From NCBI GenBank assembly GCA_965221125.1, contig CBDCRW010000004.1:736001-800000 (forward strand): a DNA stretch of 64,000 nucleotides. Direction: 5' to 3'. Shown here in pieces: positions 1-9,420 of the stretch (position 1 is its first letter; the number at the start of each line of letters is the position of its first letter). The position numbers and the translations under genes were made by a program. The notes under the pieces were generated by a model. That model saw only the letters and a list, made by a program, of their open reading frames with translations. It was not told the origin of the DNA and made no database searches. This stretch comes from Alphaproteobacteria bacterium. Lineage in GTDB: Bacteria > Pseudomonadota > Alphaproteobacteria > UBA828.

Positions 1-337
1 TAAAATCCGAGGTACACCAGCGTGCGGAATTCGAGGGCCAGAGACCCCGCTCCTCGACCCGTTCGAGCAGGGTCTTGCCGGACGCGACGGGGGCGAACAT
101 CAGCGGAACGCCAAGGGGAAGAGTGGCCTCGATGTGCTCGACTGTGCCAGGCCACTCGACCTCGCCAAGCGGGGCGTGAACCGCCATGAGCTGGTCGCGC
201 GGAACCATCCGCGACAGCAGGATGGTCATGGCCTGTGAGTCCTTGCCGCCTGAGTGGTTGATGACCACAAGGGCGCCGGTGCGGATCATTTCGTTGCACC
301 GCGGCGGTACGGGAACTTCGGCGAGGCGGTCGGACAT
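1..337 (-). CDS. PAPS-reductase-family (PP-loop) protein, 5' part, runs off the window edge
   Basis: Minus strand from ATG at 337 reads MSDRLAEVPVPPRCNEMIRTGALVVINHSGGKDSQAM...WPSNSARWCTSDF; close paralogue of 25905-26762. Confidence 0.85.
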   Translation of the reverse strand, partial: MSDRLAEVPVPPRCNEMIRTGALVVINHSGGKDSQAMTILLSRMVPRDQLMAVHAPLGEVEWPGTVEHIEATLPLGVPLMFAPVASGKTLLERVEERGLWPSNSARWCTSDF

Positions 338-657
338 GGATCGGTCTCCCCGGCGGTGGCGCGAGAGGCCGCTCCGCGGCCCCCGGAAGGCGCCCCGCCG
401 AGGCCGGGCTCTGCCTCCTGCTGGCGCTACGCCCACCGGGCGGCGGTCGCTGCGGGTGTGAGACCGGAAGCGGCGAGACCGCGACAGGGAATCTGCCCGG
501 GCCGGCAGCGGGGGGATCGGCGATAGCGAACTGGAGGCGCGGCGCGGGCGTTGTTGCGAGGCGCTGCACCGGAGTGCTAACTGCCGGTCGTGAGTTGCGT
601 GGGCGGTCGCGCTACGGCGTTGCGGGCAATGCGAGACAGAGGGGGTTGGAAACCGTC

Positions 658-1047
658 ATGGAGGCGAAGGCACGTCGGAGGGTTCCGGCGTTTGTCAGAA
701 TCCTGGCGCTGGTGTGCGTCAGGCAATCGATGCTCGAAACGCTACACCGCGGCGCGACGCCGATTACGCGGACCGGCGACTACTCGGACGTCGTCGTGGT
801 CGACGCCGAAGGTCGGCGCATTCCCTGGCCGGAGGTGTCGCGGTTCGACGAGAACGAAATGCGCGATCTGATGCGCGAGATCGTCAACAAGCTTTACACG
901 TTTTTCGTGAAGGCCGAGGACCCTGATTTCGTGGCCTGGACCGATTTCGTGCGACCGCAGAGCTACCACTGGGACAGGCCGAAGATCGACAAGGTCTTGA
1001 TGCACTTTGTGAAGGAATACGCCCGTGTCCGGCGCAAGAAGGGGTGA
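658..1047 (+). CDS. Hypothetical protein, probably element backbone
   Basis: ORF 574..1047 with ATG at 658; globular-looking sequence (GDYSDVVVVDAEGRRIPWPEVSRF); family not assigned. Confidence 0.6.
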   Translation: MEAKARRRVPAFVRILALVCVRQSMLETLHRGATPITRTGDYSDVVVVDAEGRRIPWPEVSRFDENEMRDLMREIVNKLYTFFVKAEDPDFVAWTDFVRPQSYHWDRPKIDKVLMHFVKEYARVRRKKG

Positions 1048-1240
1048 TGGAAAAAGGAGATAGCCAAGGCCCGTGCAATCCTTAGCGCACTGCCGAACGA
1101 AGTGCCGATGCCAAAGACGGGCGAAGCATGATCCGGGGGCTGGCCCCGTGCTTGGCGAGGATACGGTCGCGAGGGAGCGCCACCAGGGCGCCGTCACGGG
1201 GCTGAGTTCCAGACGTGAAACCATCCGCAGAACGGTTTGA

Positions 1241-1385
1241 ATGAGTCTTCCAGACATCGACTTCCACTACATCCGTCCCGTTGACGGCAGCCGCCAGGAC
1301 GGATTCGAAGAGCTTTGCTGCCAGCTCGCCTCGCTCGAGCCCTCCAGGGCCGGCTCACATTTCGTCCGAAAGGGTCGAGGAGGCG
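1241..1385 (+). pseudogene. N-terminal fragment of a nuclease-headed defence protein (Avs/STAND-type N-terminus)
   Basis: IDFHYIRPVDGSRQDGFEELCCQLA...FVRKGRGG resembles the start of restriction-endonuclease-like domains on large NTPases; similarity ends abruptly at ~1385. Confidence 0.5.
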
Positions 1386-1568
1386 CTTGCCCATGGCGAG
1401 GATGTCCGGCTGCCGGTATTCGGGAGCTTCGGCACCAGAATCCGGCCGGCTCGTACCGGACGCAATCCGAGGACCGGCGAGGCCGTTTCGATACCGGCGT
1501 CCACTTCGCCAACGTTCAAGGCGGGGAAGACGCTGAAGGACGCCGTGAATGGGGGTGGGGGATACTGA
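1380..1568 (+). pseudogene. 5'-truncated HU/IHF-family DNA-binding protein
   Basis: EALAHGEDVRLPVFGSFGTRIRPARTGRNPRTGEAVSIPASTSPTFKAGKTLKDAVN aligns by eye with the C-terminal part of the HU at 27015. Confidence 0.85.
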
Positions 1569-1987
1569 CGGCGCTACCAGAGAAAATCGCGCCTGGAAGC
1601 GCCTCAAGCAGACTGAATATGGATCCTGGCCGATTGCTATACGATGACGGACACTATGCGAGCTGTCGGGGCGGTGCCGGAAAAGCCGAAGAAAGCCGCA
1701 GCGTTGACGGCTGGCCTGCTATCGATCCGGATGATGCATCGCGCATCAGGCAAGAAGGTCGTGAAGCTGTCCGTTCTGGCCCACTTCGCCACAGGGGTAA
1801 CTGCCGTTAGAGCAAAATCGGTTCGACGGGATTCTGGCGGCCCGAGTAATGGGCGGAGCTCGCCCAGCTATTCGAGGGCCGAGCCTACCATATCGGTGAT
1901 TGGTGAGTTGGGACGGTATGGTACGAAGGGCATCAGTTTGAGCGTCAATAGAATGCACAGCGCACCAAGGGTGTAATGGAGGATGGC

Positions 1988-2203
1988 ATGAGTACGGGCC
2001 GGGAACCAACGTTTTCAGAATTGGTACGGCTGAGTACGTCGGCCCACCAGGACGGAGCGCGAACCCTGTGGGTACCGCTACGGAATCAATTCGATCGAGA
2101 GGGGCCTGACGCGGCAAGAGAATATCTGCTGGCGCAACGACAGCGGCTCGTGGAGCAAGTGGAGAAACAGCTTGATCAGCTCGATGGGCGAATAGATGGC
2201 TAA
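1988..2203 (+). CDS. Small helical hypothetical protein coupled to the SMC-like ATPase
   Basis: GGAGG RBS before ATG 1988; overlaps the next gene by 8 nt. Confidence 0.7.
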   Translation: MSTGREPTFSELVRLSTSAHQDGARTLWVPLRNQFDREGPDAAREYLLAQRQRLVEQVEKQLDQLDGRIDG

Positions 2204-4274
2204 CGGGTTCCGGATAGAGCGGATATCGATCGAAGGATTCAAGGGGTTCACGAGAGTTCAGGAAATTGAGCTGAAGAACCGCCATGTGTTCCTGTTGGGT
2301 CCGAATGGGAAAGGCAAATCCAGCATCGTTGAGGCCATTCGATGGGGCCTTTTCGGTTCCACCGGCAGGCGGAACGACGTTGTACGTAACGGAAGCTACA
2401 GCGGCGAGTGCCGCGTCGTGATCGATTTGTCGCGGGATGGCAACGAGTGGAATCTCACTCGCGTGTTGATGCCCGGAAGCGGAGAGAGCCGACCGGAACT
2501 GGTGGACCATTTGGGGGAGGTGAGGAACATCCGCGATGTCATGCCTCAGATTCACTCGCTCGATGCTGGCGAAGGAGCACACATCATTTTCGCGGCGCAA
2601 TCTGCTCCTCTCGGCCGTCCTCCGGAGGATTTGAGCCCATTCGAGAAGACTGTGATCGGCCATTTGGGGCTAACCGATGCAAGCGCACTGGCGAGCCATC
2701 TTGATACTTTCGTGAAGGAACAAGGAGAGGAGGAGGCCCGTCTAACCAGACTCGTGGACGACAGACGTGATCGTCTTGAAGAGCGGATCGCGCAGTTGCA
2801 GCGGCAGCGCGGAGGGATTCTCGAAGCTCCACCATGGGATGGTGAGCTTCCACCCTCAATCGCGGAAAGTGAGGACAAGGCGAAGGAGTTGATCAATGAG
2901 ATCACACCGGACGACTCAGACGGTGAATCCAGTGCAATGCGACTTGACGCTCTCGTTGATAAGGCGGACCGAGCTTTAGAGAAGAGGATCGGGCTGGATC
3001 GAACGCCACTCGCCGAAGATCTGGCTCGGCTAGACCAGGTGTTAACCGAGTTGAAGACGATTAGTGACATATTGACGGCCATCGGCGACAAGAAAGACTA
3101 CCTCCAAGAGGCGGAAGAGGCCCGCGATGAGGTCCTCAACGGCGTAGGGTTAGACGAGTTACGCAGACGTATGGAGTCACAACGTCGAAGTGCGGGAGCC
3201 GCAGCTCTCGGCCGGCGGCTGGGTGAGGTCGCGGCTGAATTGATCGATCGCAGCGATGACGTGGGCACAATGTCGTGTCCACTATGCGGGACTGACCACG
3301 ACCGGAATGAGCTAGGCGATCTGATTTCGGCGTTGTCGCAGACCGACGACGAGCAGAATGCCTCGAAACTGCGGGAAATGGAGGGCCAACTGAATGCGGC
3401 CCTGGAAGCAGATCGCCGAGTAGGCCAGCTTAGGGAGGAGCTGCGGGTGTGCGAGGGTGACCTCCGTGATGCGGTAGCCGATTCTGAAGACGCGAAACTG
3501 GCCGAGGCCGTCTCTGGTGGAGACGTTGGAGACTACATCGAGTCAGTGAAACAACAGAAGCTGTCAAAAGAGAAGCAGATAGACGGATTCGAAGATTGGC
3601 TAAAGGGTGTCCAAACGAGGGTTGTGAAGCTGCGCGAAGAAGCGAGGTTTCAAAGCATTCAGCAGGACCTGAAATATTTGAAGGCCGTCGATGAGGAGAT
3701 GCAGGGCGCGGAGCGATCGTTTCAGCAATTCGTGGAGTTCGGAGAATCCGTCAGGGGTATCCAGAGCTCTGTCAGATCGACCCTGACCCATGAGCTGCGC
3801 GCGAAGGCACCAAGCGTCGCGAACAAACTCACCACTGTGTTCTGCGCACTAACTAAGCACGATTACTTCGATCGGCTGGTCATCGACGACGAAAAACTAC
3901 CGAAACTTGAGCTGTTGGTAGCGAGTAGCAGCGATACCTCAGGAACATTGCATCCGACAGGCGTGTTGAACGGACAGGCGGAGAGCGCACTGGCGTTGGT
4001 CCCGCATTTCGCCTTGAGCCAGGCAGAAGAGGCACCGACAGAAGTCTATCTCGTGCTACTTGATGATCCAACCCGAGCCTTCGACAGAGAGCATATTGAG
4101 ATACTCATTGAACGGCTGGCGGATCTAGGCAAGCGGGTCCAGGTTGTTGTTGCTACGCAGGAAACGGAGACATTTCGTGAGTTGCTGCCGAAGTTTTTTG
4201 AGCGTGAGACCTACGTGGTTGTAGAACCCCAGAATTGGTCGCCTATAGATGGCCCGACACTTGTTATCCAGTGA
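2196..4274 (+). CDS. Rad50/SbcC/SMC-like ABC ATPase with zinc hook
   Basis: FKGF, Walker A GPNGKGKSS, coiled coils, central CPLC, degenerate signature LNGQ, Walker B/D-loop LLDDPTRAFD. Confidence 0.9.
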   Translation: MANGFRIERISIEGFKGFTRVQEIELKNRHVFLLGPNGKGKSSIVEAIRWGLFGSTGRRNDVVRNGSYSGECRVVIDLSRDGNEWNLTRVLMPGSGESRPELVDHLGEVRNIRDVMPQIHSLDAGEGAHIIFAAQSAPLGRPPEDLSPFEKTVIGHLGLTDASALASHLDTFVKEQGEEEARLTRLVDDRRDRLEERIAQLQRQRGGILEAPPWDGELPPSIAESEDKAKELINEITPDDSDGESSAMRLDALVDKADRALEKRIGLDRTPLAEDLARLDQVLTELKTISDILTAIGDKKDYLQEAEEARDEVLNGVGLDELRRRMESQRRSAGAAALGRRLGEVAAELIDRSDDVGTMSCPLCGTDHDRNELGDLISALSQTDDEQNASKLREMEGQLNAALEADRRVGQLREELRVCEGDLRDAVADSEDAKLAEAVSGGDVGDYIESVKQQKLSKEKQIDGFEDWLKGVQTRVVKLREEARFQSIQQDLKYLKAVDEEMQGAERSFQQFVEFGESVRGIQSSVRSTLTHELRAKAPSVANKLTTVFCALTKHDYFDRLVIDDEKLPKLELLVASSSDTSGTLHPTGVLNGQAESALALVPHFALSQAEEAPTEVYLVLLDDPTRAFDREHIEILIERLADLGKRVQVVVATQETETFRELLPKFFERETYVVVEPQNWSPIDGPTLVIQ

Positions 4275-4484
4275 CGCAGATCCCGACCGATTCGTCGCCG
4301 TCGATTGCCTGGAGCAACTGCGTTCCCGGGTCAGCCCGTCTGAATTCGGCTACAGGGTTCAGGCGTTGGCAGGACACATCCTTCTGGGACTGGGGCACAG
4401 TATTTTGGAGATCAACCAGAAGGGGCATCCGGATCTCATCAGCGAAAAGGGTGGTCAGGAATTCCGCTTTGAGGTTGAAGCTGA
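4249..4484 (+). pseudogene. 5' half of a PD-(D/E)xK-like nuclease gene interrupted by a transposon
   Basis: HPDLISEKGGQEFRFEVEA; frame joins 9111-9420 once the insertion and one TSD copy are removed. Confidence 0.75.
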
Positions 4485-4889
4485 TGTTGTTTCGCACGTT
4501 ATTTGACGCCGAATCTCCCAGATTATTTGACGTGATCGCTGCCCTGATTTCCCAGATTGCTCGGTCTTTTCCGGATCGAAGCGTAGGAGCTCATGGTCTC
4601 TGCGGGCGGTCCGGGGTCGCTGTCTGATTGAGGTTTGGACTGGTGCTTGAGGAGAGCTGACGAGGTGTCGCGCGGCCGTCGGCGCGTCAAGCGGCTGCGC
4701 CGCTCCTGCGCTTCGCTTCGGCCCTTCGGGTGACTCGCCACCGTCCACACGACGAAGTGCTGCCATGGCCTGAAGCAAGCTTCCGGCCACGGACTGGCCG
4801 CTCACCTGACGTAGTATCCCGGTGGAGGCGCAGCGCCTTCCGGACCGTTGGGGAAGGGTGGTTCCCGACGGCGGTTCCGGCTCGAACCC

Positions 4890-5930
4890 CTAGGCGTTGG
4901 CGGAACCGGGCTCCGGGAACCGCGGGGCCTGCGGCCGACTGCTGCCGTTGGCGGCGGCGGCCGCCGCCCGCTTGTCCGCTGCGCCTGCGACGACGCTGTA
5001 GCCGCCCTCGGCGTTGCGCGCGACGCGACCCTCCTGGACGAGCTTTTGCAAGATTACGCCGACGGTCTTGTGCCGGGTCGCGGCGCGTTCCCGGATCTGG
5101 CGTTGCGAGAGCGGCGCCCCGGCGTCGGCGAGCGCCTTGAGAACGCGGCATTCGGGTGTTTCGGGCTGAGGCGCCCCGCCGCCGGCCGTGGGCGGCTGGC
5201 GCAGCCGGAAGGAGGGCTCCTCTCCGTCTTCCTTGAGCTCGATCTCGATGTCGTCGAGACCGCGTGCGGCGCGATGCTCGACGGTCATGAGGGTCTGCCG
5301 GTCCCGGCGGCGCAGGTAGAGGTTCGAGTCCCCCCAGGCGTGCAGCTCACTGCTGCCCCGCAGGGCCTGCCCCGGCCTCGTGGCCCCGCTCTTGCGGGCG
5401 TGGTGGACGAGGAGGACGGCGGTCTCGAAGCGGCGTTGCAGGTCGCGCAGGAAGCCGAGGATCGGGGCGACGTCCGCAACCGTGTTCTCGTCCACGCCGT
5501 GCAGGCGGACCAGGGGGTCGAGGACCACGAGGCGCGGTGCGATGCGCTCCACGGTCTGCTGCAGGCGGCGGCGGTCGTCGAGATGGTCGAGGCGCAGTGT
5601 GGGCACGTCGATGACGGCGATGTCGAGGGTCTCGAAGCGGGCGCCTGCGGCGCGGGCGATCCCCTGCAGGCGCTTGCGCACGAGGTGGCCGGCGTCTTCT
5701 GCGGCGAACAGCAGGACCGGGCCAGGCCGGGCCGGGGCGAAGTGCCGCAGGCATGGGACGCCGGCGGCGACTGCGACCGCGAGGTCCAGCGCCAGGATGG
5801 ACTTGCCGCACTTCGGCTCGCCGCCGACGATGCCGACGGCCTGCTCGCCCCATAGCGTGTCCACCAGCCATTGCTGCTCGCGCGGCCGCTCCTCCAGCTC
5901 GATCGGGGCGCGGGTCGGGAAGCCGGTCAT
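4890..5930 (-). CDS. RecA-like AAA_25 (RepA/SF4-helicase-like) ATPase with C-terminal winged HTH
   Basis: GGEPKCGKS, AAED, LVVLDPL, LVHHARK, LRGSS motifs; ATGA overlap with the upstream gene. Confidence 0.8.
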   Translation of the reverse strand: MTGFPTRAPIELEERPREQQWLVDTLWGEQAVGIVGGEPKCGKSILALDLAVAVAAGVPCLRHFAPARPGPVLLFAAEDAGHLVRKRLQGIARAAGARFETLDIAVIDVPTLRLDHLDDRRRLQQTVERIAPRLVVLDPLVRLHGVDENTVADVAPILGFLRDLQRRFETAVLLVHHARKSGATRPGQALRGSSELHAWGDSNLYLRRRDRQTLMTVEHRAARGLDDIEIELKEDGEEPSFRLRQPPTAGGGAPQPETPECRVLKALADAGAPLSQRQIRERAATRHKTVGVILQKLVQEGRVARNAEGGYSVVAGAADKRAAAAAANGSSRPQAPRFPEPGSANA

Positions 5931-6730
5931 GGCCGCAGTTCCTCGAGCGCGTGCTGCAGGTGGTCGGCACTGACGGTCCTCGCCTCGTCGAGAGCGGCGG
6001 CGGAGAGCGCGTAGTGGGCGATGCGGTTGATCTGGCGCGGCAGGCCGCGCGCGCCCTGGAACAGGGCCTCGACGGCGGGCTCTTCGAACAGCGGCAGTTC
6101 GCATCCCGCGAGCCTGAGGCGGTGCTTGATGTAAGCGTCGACCTCGTCGCGGTCGAGACCGCTCAGGTGGTGGCGGACGACGAGGCGCTGGCTGAGGGAT
6201 TCGTGCATGGCCATGGCCAGGCGGCGCCTGAGCTCGGTCAGACCGACGAGGACGAGGCACAGGCGCTGCTCTGCATCCATGGCGAAGTTGGTGAGCAGGC
6301 GCAGGTCCTCAAGGACGTCGTTGCGCAGATGATGGGCCTCGTCGATGACGAGGACCGGCAGCTGCTTGGCCTCGGTGACGAGGCGGGAGATCTCGTTTCG
6401 GATGGCCTGATAGGCCGAGGCGCGGGAGCGCTCGATGGGCAGGCCGATCTCCCACGCGATCGCCTTGTACATGTCGAGCACGTTGCCCGTGGTCAGCGAG
6501 ACGTAGTGGACCCGGTAGAGGCCTGGATGAAGCTGCGCGGTCAGATGCCGGCACACGGTGGTCTTGCCGGAGCCCACCTCGCCGGTGAGCAGGCCGATGC
6601 CGCGCAGGTCGATGAGGTGGCCGAGCCTGGCCTCGGCCTCGCGGCGCGCGTTGGACTCGAACAGCTCGTCGGTCTCTGCCGGGGTCTCGAAGGGCAGGCG
6701 GGTGAAGGCGAAGTGGCGCAGGTACATCAC
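5927..6730 (-). CDS. ExeA-like AAA+ transposition helper ATPase
   Basis: GEVGSGKT, VIDEAH, GLPRQIN; coupled to the transposase. Confidence 0.88.
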   Translation of the reverse strand: MMYLRHFAFTRLPFETPAETDELFESNARREAEARLGHLIDLRGIGLLTGEVGSGKTTVCRHLTAQLHPGLYRVHYVSLTTGNVLDMYKAIAWEIGLPIERSRASAYQAIRNEISRLVTEAKQLPVLVIDEAHHLRNDVLEDLRLLTNFAMDAEQRLCLVLVGLTELRRRLAMAMHESLSQRLVVRHHLSGLDRDEVDAYIKHRLRLAGCELPLFEEPAVEALFQGARGLPRQINRIAHYALSAAALDEARTVSADHLQHALEELRP

Positions 6731-8055
6731 TCGTCCTCCTTCTTGTCCTTGAGGTTGCGCATGGCCAGCGGCGAGGGCGGAGGCTCGGGCGCCGGATCTT
6801 CGGCCTCGATCTCCCTGGCCGGGTAGGTGCGCCTGACGGCGGTATTGGCGTAGGCGTCGAGAGGGCTGGCCTTGCCGGCCGGCTTGCCGTCATGGACCAC
6901 GTCGAGAGGGCGCGAGGGCGGCGCGGCCGGGTCGTAGCGCAGGATGACGTTCTGACCCACCAGGAGGGCGTCGACCTCGTAGACGCGGCCGTTCAGACTA
7001 ACGGTGCGGTCCTTGTAGACACGGCGCCTGGCCTCGAAGAGGAACAGATCGTCGAGGTCCATGGTGGCGTCGGGATAGCGCACGCCGGCCGAGGCCAGCG
7101 CCCACTGCTCAAGCGGGGTGCGCCCCTCGTCGAGGCCACGATGCGGGCTGTTGTGATACTCCCCCTCGATCCAGGCCCAGAGGCTGCGGTTGAGCGCCTC
7201 CAGGCTGTCGACGTCATCGCCGAGGTGGCGGAGCCAGCCGGCCCGGAGGGTGCGGAAGAAGCGCTCGATCTTACCCTTTCCCGCTGGCTGGAACGCCCTT
7301 GCGTGAATCAACGCAACGCCGAGCCTGGCGCAGACCAGGGAGAGATGACGGGAGCGGTAGGCGCTTCCGTTGTCGACGTACAAGCGGGCCGGGAGGCCGC
7401 GCCGGATCAGCGCGTCCTTGAACACCGGCAGGAACGCCGCAGTGTTCTCCGCCATGGCGAAGGCGGCGAACGGGATGACGCGGGTGGCGTCGTCGATGAA
7501 GGCGATCAGGTAGGTCTTGCGCCGGGTTCGGCCGTGCCGGACCTTGGGTCCGTGCATGACGTCGCTCATCCACATCTCGCCGGCATGCCGGAAGGCGAAG
7601 CGGCGGCGATCCGCCCCGTCGGGCGGCTTCTTGTCGAACAGGCCCTCGCGGCTGAAGAGGCGGTGCACGGTGGACGAGGCGAGCGGGTGGTCGATACCCT
7701 CCTCCTTGACCTTCTGGATGATGGCGCGAACCGACAATGCGTCGTTCTCGGTCTTCAGCGCGATGAGGCGCTCGGCGACCTCGGGCGGCAGCCGCCGGGG
7801 CTTCCCCCGGTCGGTGCGGGGCTTGGGGTAGAGCGCGTCGAAGCCGCCGTAGCGGTAGTCCTTGATCCAGCGCCGCATGGTCTCGGCGGCGACCCGGGTC
7901 CTGGTGGTTCCGGGGATCGTGTAGGTCTTCTCGGCTTTGGCGCGCATCATCGCGCCGGCACCCGGTGCACCCACGGGCAGATGCACCAGATCGGCGATGA
8001 CGTCGTATCGGAAGAGCGCGATCTGTTGGCGAAGGTCGTCGTCTGAGCTGTTCAT
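6727..8055 (-). CDS. DDE (rve/Mu-like) transposase
   Basis: WMSD...FIDDATR...YVDNGSAY...GKGKIERFF; N-terminal HTH; Mu-like C-terminus. Confidence 0.93.
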   Translation of the reverse strand: MNSSDDDLRQQIALFRYDVIADLVHLPVGAPGAGAMMRAKAEKTYTIPGTTRTRVAAETMRRWIKDYRYGGFDALYPKPRTDRGKPRRLPPEVAERLIALKTENDALSVRAIIQKVKEEGIDHPLASSTVHRLFSREGLFDKKPPDGADRRRFAFRHAGEMWMSDVMHGPKVRHGRTRRKTYLIAFIDDATRVIPFAAFAMAENTAAFLPVFKDALIRRGLPARLYVDNGSAYRSRHLSLVCARLGVALIHARAFQPAGKGKIERFFRTLRAGWLRHLGDDVDSLEALNRSLWAWIEGEYHNSPHRGLDEGRTPLEQWALASAGVRYPDATMDLDDLFLFEARRRVYKDRTVSLNGRVYEVDALLVGQNVILRYDPAAPPSRPLDVVHDGKPAGKASPLDAYANTAVRRTYPAREIEAEDPAPEPPPSPLAMRNLKDKKEDE

Positions 8056-8100
8056 GGTGCGATCCTCGTTCAGGGACTCCCTGGCCCCGGGATCGTCACG

Positions 8101-8736
8101 CTACGAACTCTCCGGCGGCGGGTCCGGCCCCGCCCGTTGTTGGAACTGCGGTTTGCGATTCCCCACGTCGATGCCGTGGGGTTGGAAGCCCAGAGGCGCG
8201 GGTAGCGTCCGGAGCTGCCCGGCGACCAGGCCGCGCAGTTCCATCAACGCGCTGTCGCTCTTCAGACGCTCGCGCACCGCGCTCATGGTGGGCGCGCAGC
8301 CCGCGAGCAGGTCGGGGATCAGGCCGATGACGCGCACAAGCGCGTCGTGCACAAGCTTCAGCCTGCGGCGGATCCAACGCACGGCGCCGGGAAGCTCGAT
8401 GGCGTCCTCGTCCTCGGGGCAGCGCACCTCGTCCGCTGCCTCCTCCAGGCTGCCGGCCTCCTCCGCCACGACAACAACCGCTTCCAGCGCATCGAGCGTG
8501 CCCGGCAGCCGCGCCGCCAGACAGTCGGCCAGCAGGCCGATGGTCGTATGGCTCTCACGGCAATACCAGCGAGGAACCCTTGCGCCGGGCGGGGTCTTCC
8601 GCTCGTAGGTGCCGTGGCTTGCCACAGAACATCCGCCGTGCGGGTGATTCGGGCAGCGCTCAAGCCTTGCGTCGCGCCACGCCTCGGTCTTAACGTATTC
8701 CTCGCTGGTGAGCCCCGTTTCGTAGCGAAGCTGCAC
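8101..8736 (-). CDS. Transposon accessory protein with Cys/His (zinc-ribbon-like) N-terminus
   Basis: CPNHPHGGC...HGTYER...RWYC; first gene of the transposon operon. Confidence 0.65.
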   Translation of the reverse strand: MQLRYETGLTSEEYVKTEAWRDARLERCPNHPHGGCSVASHGTYERKTPPGARVPRWYCRESHTTIGLLADCLAARLPGTLDALEAVVVVAEEAGSLEEAADEVRCPEDEDAIELPGAVRWIRRRLKLVHDALVRVIGLIPDLLAGCAPTMSAVRERLKSDSALMELRGLVAGQLRTLPAPLGFQPHGIDVGNRKPQFQQRAGPDPPPESS

Positions 8737-9110
8737 CGGCCCTGGCCCGGCGGGAGTTCCGTCCCCCGGGCCTCTCTTTGTCGTTCAGTGAGAGGCCAAG
8801 ATTACGGACGCTCCCCGCCGCCGCCAAGCTGTGGAGCCGTGGACGCGTCCTGCGGACCGATCGGCGTCCTGCGGACCGTGTGGACAGCCCGTGGACAAGC
8901 TGGCGCTTGCCCACCGCCTGACCACACTCGCCGATCTCGCGCCCACCGCTCCACAGCTTCAACAGCAATGAGGATTCTGCTGAGGATCAAAAAAATGCCG
9001 CAGGCAGCGTCCTTCCCGCACTCGGCCACCATCCCGGGAAATCCACCAACCAATCAAAGTGAGAAAAAAACCCGTGCTTCTATCCGGCTAGACCGGAAAA
9101 CAACAGCTGA

Positions 9111-9420
9111 GGTCCTCGCCAGAAAGCCAAGAATGCTCACGCCATCGGATGTCGACGGTCTTGCGGGCAGCCGGGTCGAAGGATATTTCGCCGTGGCTGT
9201 GAGCTTCCCTCTTCCATGCTGGGTATTGGTGCCCGTGCAGCGTCTGGCCTCACGCGAGTCTCCTTCGGGCATGGCGCTCCTAAGAGCCTTGAGCGACAAG
9301 ACTTTCAGCGCGGAGTGGACGAATGAGTATGTTTCGCTGATTCGTCGATCAAGTCGTGATGTGATTGATCGGTCATACGACCAGCTGGTGCAACGAGCAA
9401 TGGACGGGCGGGGCCTGTAG
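9111..9420 (+). pseudogene. 3' half of the interrupted nuclease gene
   Basis: (E)VLARKPRMLTPSDVDGL...AMDGRGL*; 236+310 nt = 546 nt, giving a 181-aa protein. Confidence 0.75.

Larger units (their letters stand above)
4485..9105 (-). mobile_element. 4621-bp Mu/Tn7/Tn552-like DDE transposon with four genes
   Basis: Ends TGTTGTTT...AAACAACA; 5-bp direct repeat GCTGA at 4480-4484 and 9106-9110; encodes a DDE transposase and an AAA ATPase. Confidence 0.92.

Noticed and set aside
2196-4274. Housekeeping sbcC/recN/smc
   Set aside because: No sbcD partner, variant ABC motifs and an island context.
8347-9420. 357-aa ORF on the + strand
   Set aside because: Spans the transposon end; only 9111-9420 is genuine coding sequence of the interrupted gene.
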